Sequence record: AB897757.1
Length of the DNA stretch: 64,000 nt
Reading direction: 5' to 3' (one strand)
Source: Klebsiella phage K64-1
Under the pieces are notes generated by a model. It saw only the letters and a list, made by a program, of their open reading frames with translations. It was not told the DNA's origin and did not search any database. Positions 35,421-45,020 of the stretch are shown piece after piece (the first letter of the stretch is position 1; each line of letters begins with the position of its first letter). Position numbers and translations under genes: made by a program.

Positions 35421-35457
35421 AAAATTCAGTACTTAATCAGTACTGAATTTTTTTATA
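35421..35457 (+). terminator. strong rho-independent terminator
   Basis: 11-bp perfect stem AATTCAGTACT-taatc-AGTACTGAATT followed by T9. Confidence 0.8.
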
Positions 35458-35468
35458 AGGTATAAATT

Positions 35469-35660
35469 ATGGATGAAATAAATCATATTACAAAAGATGT
35501 TTTTACTATTGATTACGGGGTTGAATACAAATTCGTAATGCAAGGTGGGTTTGAAATTTTAGGAACCGTTGTTGATGTGTTTGATAACGGGATTGAGCTA
35601 TCAGATGGCACTCGACTGGTGCAGGAGCATATTCTTTTATTCAAAGCGATGAAACGATAA
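35469..35660 (+). CDS. hypothetical small protein
   Basis: 63-aa ORF with RBS AAGG. Confidence 0.4.
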   Translation: MDEINHITKDVFTIDYGVEYKFVMQGGFEILGTVVDVFDNGIELSDGTRLVQEHILLFKAMKR

Positions 35661-35663
35661 AAT

Positions 35664-35693
35664 TTTTGAACAGACACAAATTCATGTGATATA
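35664..35693 (+). promoter_or_regulatory. sigma70-type early promoter (TTTTTGAACA-family)
   Basis: TTGAAC at 35664-35669, 18-bp spacer, TGTGATATAAT with TATAAT at 35688-35693. Confidence 0.6.
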
Positions 35694-35732
35694 ATAAACT
35701 TGATAAAACACCAACACTAAGGAAACAAACAA

Positions 35733-35975
35733 ATGAACGAACTAAACAAAGAAGCTCTAAATGAAATGGTAGAAAACAACATCGAAGCAGCACAAGAAGA
35801 AATTGGTTATGAATTGTCAGAAGAAGATCTGGCAAAATCTCGTGATATCATTGCTCAACTGACTAAGTACTACAACATCAAAGATCAGAAACAAGAACAT
35901 AACAAAAAGATCAAAGCACAACGCCGAGCTAAAAATAAAGTACAACGTAATTCTCGTCGTATTAACCGAAAATAA
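35733..35975 (+). CDS. hypothetical protein with basic C-terminus
   Basis: 80 aa with a KKIKAQRRAKNKVQRNSRRINRK tail. RBS AAGGAAA. Confidence 0.45.
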   Translation: MNELNKEALNEMVENNIEAAQEEIGYELSEEDLAKSRDIIAQLTKYYNIKDQKQEHNKKIKAQRRAKNKVQRNSRRINRK

Positions 35976-35990
35976 AAAGAGGTACCCAAG

Positions 35991-37108
<1,118 letters not shown>

Positions 37109-37110
37109 TA

Positions 37111-37136
37111 AAAAGGAGGACCGTTGTCCTCCTTAT
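37111..37136. terminator. bidirectional rho-independent terminator between convergent genes
   Basis: AAGGAGGAC-cgtt-GTCCTCCTT. Confidence 0.6.
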
Positions 37137-37777
37137 AGTTTATTTAATTCAGTACCAATGAACTGCATTTGATCTTTGATTTTATTGACAAGTAATTCAA
37201 CTTCGAATTTATTACAAGGTTTATCAACTGTAATCATTGTATATCCTACGATTTCATACCCTTTGGTGTCCAAAATAGGAATAGTGATAACAGTATCATA
37301 TGTGACCCTTGTGCTTTTAACATAAGCACATGTGAAGTTTTTCGGATCATAATTTTGACTACATTCGTTGTTTGAAGTATAGATATTTTCAAAATGTACT
37401 TTGTTTAAAAGTAATTCTTGAAAAGTATTATTTTTCTTGTCAATCAAATACATATAATTACTTATCTTTCTTTCTGGATAACGGTTTTTAAATGCTATCC
37501 CTTCTTGTGATACTATTATTTTTGTATTTTTATCTTTGTTAAATTTATATACAACTATATATTGTACTGAATCATCAAGATTTATAATTTCTTGCATATT
37601 GGTATCAATCCTGTTGATATGATAACTATATGGAAAAGCATTCTCTTGAATATGCGGAACTATTTGATTAACCAAAAAATCAGTTATTGTATCTTTATTG
37701 TAAATCATTAAAGAGAGTATAGTAACGAAAAACGCTATAATACAAAGCTTTGATAGACCATGTTTTGTGCTGAGCAT
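37133..37777 (-). CDS. membrane-anchored (N-terminal TM) protein, paralogue of 37790..38512
   Basis: N-terminal hydrophobic segment LSKLCIIAFFVTILSLMIY. Shares YIVVYKF/ILVYKY and the C-terminal GYxxVxY...EVE pattern with its neighbour. Confidence 0.55.
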   Translation of the reverse strand: MLSTKHGLSKLCIIAFFVTILSLMIYNKDTITDFLVNQIVPHIQENAFPYSYHINRIDTNMQEIINLDDSVQYIVVYKFNKDKNTKIIVSQEGIAFKNRYPERKISNYMYLIDKKNNTFQELLLNKVHFENIYTSNNECSQNYDPKNFTCAYVKSTRVTYDTVITIPILDTKGYEIVGYTMITVDKPCNKFEVELLVNKIKDQMQFIGTELNKL

Positions 37778-37789
37778 AAGTTTACCTCC

Positions 37790-38512
37790 TTAATATTCCA
37801 AATAATAACCAACATCATTCGCAATATTTTGTGCTATGTTGTTGAATTGCTCAACTTCAGCTTCATCTTTAGGAACTCTTTTGAAATATACAGCAATATA
37901 CCCAGTTATTGTTGCAAATTTAACAGGAGCAGAAACAAGATAAACATTTCCATCATTAACTAATGCAGGATAGTTAATCTGAGATGTATATTCGTTTCGT
38001 GTCTCATTACTATCTTTCAAATACTCTGTGTATATTTTTTTTATTTCAACATAATATATGTGATTATTCCATAATTTATTAGTTTCTGCAAGAAATGAAC
38101 TTAGTGGCAAGTTATCTAAATGGTAGACACTAATATCGTCTTTATTTGGTGGATTAACCTTATAGGTAACTAAAATACGTCTTTCTGAAAATTGTGTATT
38201 TTCAGGAACATACTTATAAACTAATATCATAGATATATCATTTGGATAAGCATTGATTGCTTTAGTTAGCCCTTTATCAATAGTATCTTTATTTTCTTTC
38301 TTTATAGTATACTTCGTAGAATTTCCTAGTTCTTCATGTTTATTGGGATTGTTTAATGTATTATTGATATATAATGTCCAAGAATCTGCTGTACTATATA
38401 TAATAAAACCAATAACCAAGCAAAAAAACACTGTAATTATTTTAGAAGTCTTCCATTTCGTGATCATATCAAGGAGTTTATTAATATTTTCACTATCAAA
38501 ATTGATATTCAT
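37790..38512 (-). CDS. membrane-anchored (N-terminal TM) protein, paralogue of 37133..37777
   Basis: N-terminal TM segment IITVFFCLVIGFIIY. Minus-strand RBS GGGGA. Confidence 0.55.
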   Translation of the reverse strand: MNINFDSENINKLLDMITKWKTSKIITVFFCLVIGFIIYSTADSWTLYINNTLNNPNKHEELGNSTKYTIKKENKDTIDKGLTKAINAYPNDISMILVYKYVPENTQFSERRILVTYKVNPPNKDDISVYHLDNLPLSSFLAETNKLWNNHIYYVEIKKIYTEYLKDSNETRNEYTSQINYPALVNDGNVYLVSAPVKFATITGYIAVYFKRVPKDEAEVEQFNNIAQNIANDVGYYLEY

Positions 38513-38585
38513 ATCTCAATCCCCATGAGTAGACTATATAGAGTATTTACCCAAAAACTAATTTTACCATGAGATAATTCTTAAT

Positions 38586-38942
38586 ATGATAATTTTATAC
38601 TTTCTATGGATTAATATATTATTAGTACTGATAACTTCAGGATTTAGTACTACTGCAATTGTTGTTTATATTTTAAGTTCAGTGTTTATGATTATGAGAT
38701 CATTATCTATAATTTTCAGTACTGAATTAGCAAAAAAGAATAATGATTTTTATGTCTTTTTATCAGAACTCAAAGATGATAATCCAAAATTAACTAAAAG
38801 TAATATCGTGTGTTCTAATATAATACACTTGGTACTAATATTTGTATTTTTACATAGTTATATTGCATTGGGCTTTGTATTATTTAATGTTATTATTAGA
38901 CTTATCGAATCATATAAAATGGAGAAATTATTTAATGGCTAA
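38586..38942 (+). CDS. small polytopic membrane protein (3-4 TM helices)
   Basis: 118 aa, almost entirely hydrophobic segments. Confidence 0.45.
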   Translation: MIILYFLWINILLVLITSGFSTTAIVVYILSSVFMIMRSLSIIFSTELAKKNNDFYVFLSELKDDNPKLTKSNIVCSNIIHLVLIFVFLHSYIALGFVLFNVIIRLIESYKMEKLFNG

Positions 38943-39459
38943 AATTATTTTATGTACAGATAAAAATTACGGTATAGGATATAAAAATACAATTCCGTGG
39001 CATAGCAGTGAAGATTTTAAACACTTCAAAGAAGAAACTTTGAATAAAACTGTTGTGATGGGATATAATACATGGAAATCCCTACCAAATAAACCACTTT
39101 CAAAAAGACTTAATATTGTGCTTGTTAATCGTGCATATGAAGATCGTGATATGTATGATCAAACCAACGTCTTATTTCTGGATGAAGATAATTTAGAAAG
39201 TATTATTCGTAATAACCCTGATTGTGTTATTATTGGCGGTGCATCAATTTATAAAATGAGTTTGCCTCATGTAGATGAAATCGTACATAGTATAATTCCC
39301 AAAGAATTTGTATGTGATTGCTTTTTTGACTTCACTATTGATAAGCGTGTGATTATTGAACGTGAAAGTTGTAAAACACTTGATGATGGTATTATGGTGG
39401 ATTATTATAAATGCAAACCAAATCCAGATTATGATGATTACGTGGATTCATATCAATGA
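38935..39459 (+). CDS. frd: dihydrofolate reductase
   Basis: IILCTDKNYGIGYKNTIPWH...VVMGYNTWKSLP...IIGGASIY. The ATG at 38935 is preferred over the track's upstream extension. Confidence 0.8.
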   Translation: MAKIILCTDKNYGIGYKNTIPWHSSEDFKHFKEETLNKTVVMGYNTWKSLPNKPLSKRLNIVLVNRAYEDRDMYDQTNVLFLDEDNLESIIRNNPDCVIIGGASIYKMSLPHVDEIVHSIIPKEFVCDCFFDFTIDKRVIIERESCKTLDDGIMVDYYKCKPNPDYDDYVDSYQ

Positions 39460-40040
39460 AGATAAAGGATATGGAAGTTCATTTATGTGAGCGTGGTGAA
39501 ATTTCTTCATTCATTGAAGAACATCATTATTCTAAAAATATTAATGGTTGTATAACTGATTATTGTTTCAAATTAACATATAATAATGAAATAATTGGTG
39601 CTATGTTTTATGGAAAAATGGCTATGGCTAACCAATACAAAAGATTTGTTGATAGAGAAGAAGATTGTATTGAGTTGCGTAGATTATGCTGTATTGATGA
39701 TACACCAAAAAACACTGAAAGTTTTTTTATTGGTAAAACACTAAAATGGCTTAAAAAGAACACACAAATAAAGGTGGTTGTTAGTTATGCAGATCAAGAA
39801 TATGGTCATAGTGGTATAATTTATAAAGCATCTAATTTTGAATATAATGGATTTAAAAAAGGTGCTAAAGTTATAATCCACAATGGCAAACAATATCATG
39901 ATAAAGCTATTAGAACTAAGTATAAAGGGAAGTTAAAACCATTTGCACAAAGATTAAAAGATGCATTAGACAGTGGTGATGCTTATTATAAACAAACTGC
40001 TGGAAAACATACTTACACTTACAAGTTAAGGAAAACTTAG
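39456..40040 (+). CDS. free-standing GNAT-like domain protein, homologous to the C-terminal domain of ORFs 27097 and 46992
   Basis: EISSFIEEHHYSKNINGC...LTYNNEIIGAMFYGK...LKWLKKNT...VVSYADQEYGHSGIIYKASNFEYNG aligns with YARKC..E..FI..YH.QG...GLYY.NEL...TFGK...SKLLKYF...SYAD..WS.G.LY.K.GF.Y.G in the large endonuclease-like ORFs. Confidence 0.5.
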   Translation: MKIKDMEVHLCERGEISSFIEEHHYSKNINGCITDYCFKLTYNNEIIGAMFYGKMAMANQYKRFVDREEDCIELRRLCCIDDTPKNTESFFIGKTLKWLKKNTQIKVVVSYADQEYGHSGIIYKASNFEYNGFKKGAKVIIHNGKQYHDKAIRTKYKGKLKPFAQRLKDALDSGDAYYKQTAGKHTYTYKLRKT

Positions 40041-40063
40041 TATCATATACTCAAGGAAGAATA

Positions 40064-41422
40064 ATGTCAATAAAAAAAGAAACTACAAAATTAAAACCCA
40101 CCGCAGATCAGAAAGTTATACTTGATGATTTTTTGGATAGAGTTGATAATTATCCAGGTAGGACTGAAGCTGTTCTTTCTGCACCTGCTGGTACTGGTAA
40201 AACGTTCACCACTGCTGAAATTATTAAATTACTTTATAAAGATTATAATATTGCGGTAACTTCTCCTACACACAAAGCAAATTCCGTAATTCAAAATATG
40301 CTTATCAACCAAGCAGGGATTACAAAAGAAGATGCAAAGGTAAGTACTATTCATTCTTTTCTTGGGCTTAAATTGGTACAGGAAAAAAATCATCAAGTAC
40401 TGAAGCACGATCCACATAGTAAATTATCAACAACCAACGTTGATGTTCTTATCGTGGACGAATGTTCTATGATTTCAGAAGAATTATATTTCCATATACA
40501 GAATCAATTACATCGTGTACGAAGGGCAGTGTTATACATTGGTGATAAATGTCAGTTACCACCAGTAGAAGCTGAAGTTATTGGTAAAGAAAAATTATCC
40601 CCAACCTTTGATGTTTCAGTACAGTATACATTAACTGAAGTACTACGTCAGGCAATGGACAATCCAGTACTATCAGTCGCTACTGCTATCAGAGAATGCA
40701 TCGGTACCAATAAAGATCCAATGCATATTATGGTCAATAACACAAAAGGCCATGATACTATCACACCCATTGATGATGAAGATTTATTTCTGAATGTATA
40801 TAAGGATTTTATTATTGAAAACAAAGGTAATAGTAATAAAATTTTTGATTTCGTGAATGAAAATAAAATCCTTGCATATACGAATATGAGAGTTAATATT
40901 GCAAACATGTATATCAGAAATCAATTATATGATGTACTTGATGAATTTGTAAAAGGGGAACCTATTGTATTTGAGAGTATTACCGAAAATAGTCCATATT
41001 CTGTTCAACAAATTATTCAGTGTCCAAGAGTGAGAAAAGAATCATTTATGGGTATTGATTGTTGGCAGTTTCAGTTACTTAATGGTAGTTTCATTTACGG
41101 TGTTGGTCCTTCATCACGTGCGGCAATGGAAGATCATTTACAGGATATGGTAAGAAAGATTGAAAAGAAAGTTTTTAATCCATTGACAAAACGACCATAT
41201 GTATGGCAGGATTATTATATCATTCGCAATAAAATGCATATCATTAATTACCCATACGCAACAACTGTCCACAAATCACAGGGTAGTACATTCGATAATA
41301 TTTGGTTTGATACTGATTTCATTGAGAGAATCCCAAACAATGATATGAAATGTCGAATTCTTTATACTGCAATGACACGTCCCAGATATAGTGTAATGTT
41401 AAGACAGAATGATTACTATTAA
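40064..41422 (+). CDS. dda: Dda-like SF1B (RecD-family) helicase
   Basis: LSAPAGTGKTFT, LIVDECSMIS, GDKCQLPPV and C-terminal TVHKSQGSTFD. Confidence 0.8.
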   Translation: MSIKKETTKLKPTADQKVILDDFLDRVDNYPGRTEAVLSAPAGTGKTFTTAEIIKLLYKDYNIAVTSPTHKANSVIQNMLINQAGITKEDAKVSTIHSFLGLKLVQEKNHQVLKHDPHSKLSTTNVDVLIVDECSMISEELYFHIQNQLHRVRRAVLYIGDKCQLPPVEAEVIGKEKLSPTFDVSVQYTLTEVLRQAMDNPVLSVATAIRECIGTNKDPMHIMVNNTKGHDTITPIDDEDLFLNVYKDFIIENKGNSNKIFDFVNENKILAYTNMRVNIANMYIRNQLYDVLDEFVKGEPIVFESITENSPYSVQQIIQCPRVRKESFMGIDCWQFQLLNGSFIYGVGPSSRAAMEDHLQDMVRKIEKKVFNPLTKRPYVWQDYYIIRNKMHIINYPYATTVHKSQGSTFDNIWFDTDFIERIPNNDMKCRILYTAMTRPRYSVMLRQNDYY

Positions 41423-41449
41423 AATAAATAACAAAAAGAACTCTATGTT

Positions 41450-42022
41450 TTGGAGAACAAGATGAACAACCAAATGCATGTTTTTAAAATTACAGTACCA
41501 GGTAAAGTACTGGATGATAAACTATATTATCAATATACCGATTTCGAAGATGTAGTAGGTGATGCTACTAAACCACCAAGTGATGCACAAACTGTTGAGA
41601 AAAGTAAGGCGTATGTTCGTATGCGTTATTTCAATATTCAACTGGCATCTCTAATGATTCCTGTGTATGCTACATTTGAACCAACTACTGCTGGTACTTG
41701 TGCTGTTATTCCAGATACACCAGTACTGCACATTGGATACGTAAGTTATGAACCGTTCCTTAGTACTCTAAGTGATGCCGCACGTGCAGCCTTGGATACT
41801 GAAGACAAACGCACCGCTGCCGCAGCAAGTGTTATTGAACAACTTCTAATCGACGCCCTGGCTAAAGATCTGGTTGGTGAACAAGTACAAGTTCAAAAAA
41901 CCACCAATCGCACTACAAGTCCACTAACAACCACTGAGGTTGATTATCGTGAAATCAGTATCGTGGAACTTGATGTTCCAGGAAGTGAAGTATTAGTTAC
42001 TGTAGAATATGTAAAATTATAA
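41450..42022 (+). CDS. hypothetical protein
   Basis: 190-aa ORF. Confidence 0.5.
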   Translation: MENKMNNQMHVFKITVPGKVLDDKLYYQYTDFEDVVGDATKPPSDAQTVEKSKAYVRMRYFNIQLASLMIPVYATFEPTTAGTCAVIPDTPVLHIGYVSYEPFLSTLSDAARAALDTEDKRTAAAASVIEQLLIDALAKDLVGEQVQVQKTTNRTTSPLTTTEVDYREISIVELDVPGSEVLVTVEYVKL

Positions 42023-42043
42023 TTTTTCAATTGGAGTCTTGAC

Positions 42044-42232
42044 ATGCAGGATAAAAAATTCTATGATCGCATTATTGAAGATGAACAATTCTTTGATAAA
42101 GTAATCTATGATATTGAGCATTTTATTGAAAATGCTCCAACGGTGAAAGCACGTCAACTAGGCTATGCAGTAAAACAAGGCTTAGTTGAAATCAAAAAAA
42201 TTGCATCATACTATTCTGATGCTAAAAAATAA
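42044..42232 (+). CDS. hypothetical small protein
   Basis: 62-aa ORF with RBS GGAG. Confidence 0.35.
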   Translation: MQDKKFYDRIIEDEQFFDKVIYDIEHFIENAPTVKARQLGYAVKQGLVEIKKIASYYSDAKK

Positions 42233-42264
42233 TGCTTTACTAATGTTTTAAAATAACATATAAT
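42232..42264 (+). promoter_or_regulatory. candidate promoter: TGCTTTA (MotA-box-like) and -10 TATAAT
   Basis: AATGCTTTAC at 42231-42240 and CATATAAT at 42257-42264. The 19-bp spacing between box and -10 is longer than the T4 middle-promoter rule. Confidence 0.3.
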
Positions 42265-42300
42265 ACAATCTTACCAATAAAAAACGGAGTAGTATAATAC

Positions 42301-42810
42301 ATGAAAGAAATTATTGCCAATGACAAAATTATTGCTAAAACTGTTCGTTTAGTAATGGACGGTTCTAGTGAAGTAATGGCAATTGCTAAAGCACGTCAGG
42401 AAGCCGATAATTTGGGTCTTGATATTGTGGTTGTAAATAATGGGGATGTACCTGTAGTTAAAATTGTAGACCTTAACAAATACAAATACGAACTCAAACA
42501 ATCAGAAAAAGCATCTCTGAAAAAACAGCGTCAGAATGTTATCAGTACTAAGGAGATTCAATTCACTTTCGGTACTCAGGATAATGATTTGATCGTTAAG
42601 GCTAAATCTGCTACTAAGTTTTTATCAGAAGGTAAAAATGTATTAATTGTTATGAAAACCGTTGGTCGTGGAAATACACCTCAATTAGTTAAACAAAATA
42701 TTGATGCGATGAATGCTTTTGTGAAACGTCTTGGTGAAGTAGACTTTATCCAAAAAGTCGAATATCACGGCAAAAAAGTAACATGCACTGTCAAAAGTAC
42801 TGTAAAATAA
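42301..42810 (+). CDS. infC: translation initiation factor IF3 homologue
   Basis: Collinear with bacterial IF3 along its whole length. Phage KIIAKTVRLVMDGS..LGLDIVVV..PVVKIVDLNKYKYELKQSEKA.KKQRQ...KEIQFTFGTQDNDLIVKAKSATKFLSEGKNVLIVMKTVGRGNT matches E. coli [93 protein letters not shown]. Confidence 0.8.
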   Translation: MKEIIANDKIIAKTVRLVMDGSSEVMAIAKARQEADNLGLDIVVVNNGDVPVVKIVDLNKYKYELKQSEKASLKKQRQNVISTKEIQFTFGTQDNDLIVKAKSATKFLSEGKNVLIVMKTVGRGNTPQLVKQNIDAMNAFVKRLGEVDFIQKVEYHGKKVTCTVKSTVK

Positions 42811-43365
<555 letters not shown>

Positions 43366-43369
43366 TAAT

Positions 43370-43990
<621 letters not shown>

Positions 43991-44002
43991 GGAGTAAATC
44001 CA

Positions 44003-44920
44003 ATGCCTAGTAAGAGTCAATCACAAGCACGATTATTTGCAGCAATGGCACATGATCCAGAAATTGCAAAACAACATGGTGTTTCTATGAGTACAGCAAC
44101 AGAATGGAATAAATCAGATGCAGAAATGGGTAATCTAAATAAAAGTTCTAAACTACCAAAGCATGTAAAAAAAGAAAAGACTGAAGAAAGTTCTACGCGT
44201 GACATTCTTGATTATCTCAATAATCTTGAATTACAGGACGAAATAGAACAAGAAGAGAAAGCGGTACAGTACAGTACAGAACGCTCTAGAATGCACCAAA
44301 AAGGCTGTCAGTGCGACGATTGTTCCAATAATGAGCACCACTATTACCCTGATGTACAACACGCCCATGATTGCTCCTGTGATGATTGTGCTTCACATAT
44401 TGAGTTACAGGAAATGCCGCAGAGATTTGACGCGTTTGCTGGACAAGACCGAGATGAATTCGTTGATAAAACCGCTGAAATGACAGGCCGACACAACATG
44501 GTTCCATTTGCTGAACATGCTGATTATACTGTGTATAAAAATAAAAACGGTTCAGGGTTTATTGCTTATGGTAAAGATGGTAAACAGCTTGCAGTACTTA
44601 GTGGGTATGTGAGTGATAATGCAGTACATGGAGTACCAAATGTATTTGTTGAAGAAGCAATTGCATCCAAGACTGGTACTAAGGGTGTAATTTATACTAT
44701 TTTCACTGATCTGTTAAATGCAGGATATAAAATTTTAAGTGATGAATTACATTCAGATGATGCAATTGCTTTTTGGTCTAAATTGATTTCATCTCATCAA
44801 GTATATGTGGTTGGTGACGGCGAAGTACTGGCTCGTGCTAATACTCAAAAATTACACAAGTATTGGAGTTCAGATGAAACAAGTCCAAGTGCAGAATTAC
44901 GTTTATTACTAGTAAAATAA
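44003..44920 (+). CDS. hypothetical protein with Cys/His-rich segment
   Basis: 305 aa. Contains HQKGCQCDDCSNNEHHYYPDVQHAHDCSCDDCASH. Confidence 0.5.
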   Translation: MPSKSQSQARLFAAMAHDPEIAKQHGVSMSTATEWNKSDAEMGNLNKSSKLPKHVKKEKTEESSTRDILDYLNNLELQDEIEQEEKAVQYSTERSRMHQKGCQCDDCSNNEHHYYPDVQHAHDCSCDDCASHIELQEMPQRFDAFAGQDRDEFVDKTAEMTGRHNMVPFAEHADYTVYKNKNGSGFIAYGKDGKQLAVLSGYVSDNAVHGVPNVFVEEAIASKTGTKGVIYTIFTDLLNAGYKILSDELHSDDAIAFWSKLISSHQVYVVGDGEVLARANTQKLHKYWSSDETSPSAELRLLLVK

Positions 44921-44928
44921 AAAAAAAT

Positions 44929-44944
44929 GGGAGCTTATGCTCCC
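44929..44944. terminator. terminator-like hairpin
   Basis: GGGAGC-ttat-GCTCCC with an A8 run upstream and an interrupted T-run downstream. Confidence 0.4.
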
Positions 44945-44954
44945 ATAAATATTT

Positions 44955-44984
44955 TTGAACAAAAACATTAAAATCAACTATAAT
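44955..44984 (+). promoter_or_regulatory. sigma70-type early promoter (TTTTTGAACAAAAA-family)
   Basis: TTGAAC at 44955-44960, 18-bp spacer, TATAAT at 44979-44984. Confidence 0.6.
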
Positions 44985-45020
44985 TTATACGTTATAACAA
45001 AGATACAAAAGGATTTAATA

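Noticed and set aside
42231-42240. MotA-box-like AATGCTTTAC as a bona fide T4-type middle promoter
   Set aside because: The box-to-(-10) spacing is 19 bp, not the 11-13 bp of T4 middle promoters. Kept only as a low-confidence candidate.
44955-45020. Track start (TTG at 44955) of the topoisomerase large subunit
   Set aside because: It coincides with the -35 hexamer of the promoter. The ATG at 45021 has a proper RBS and matches the expected N-terminus.
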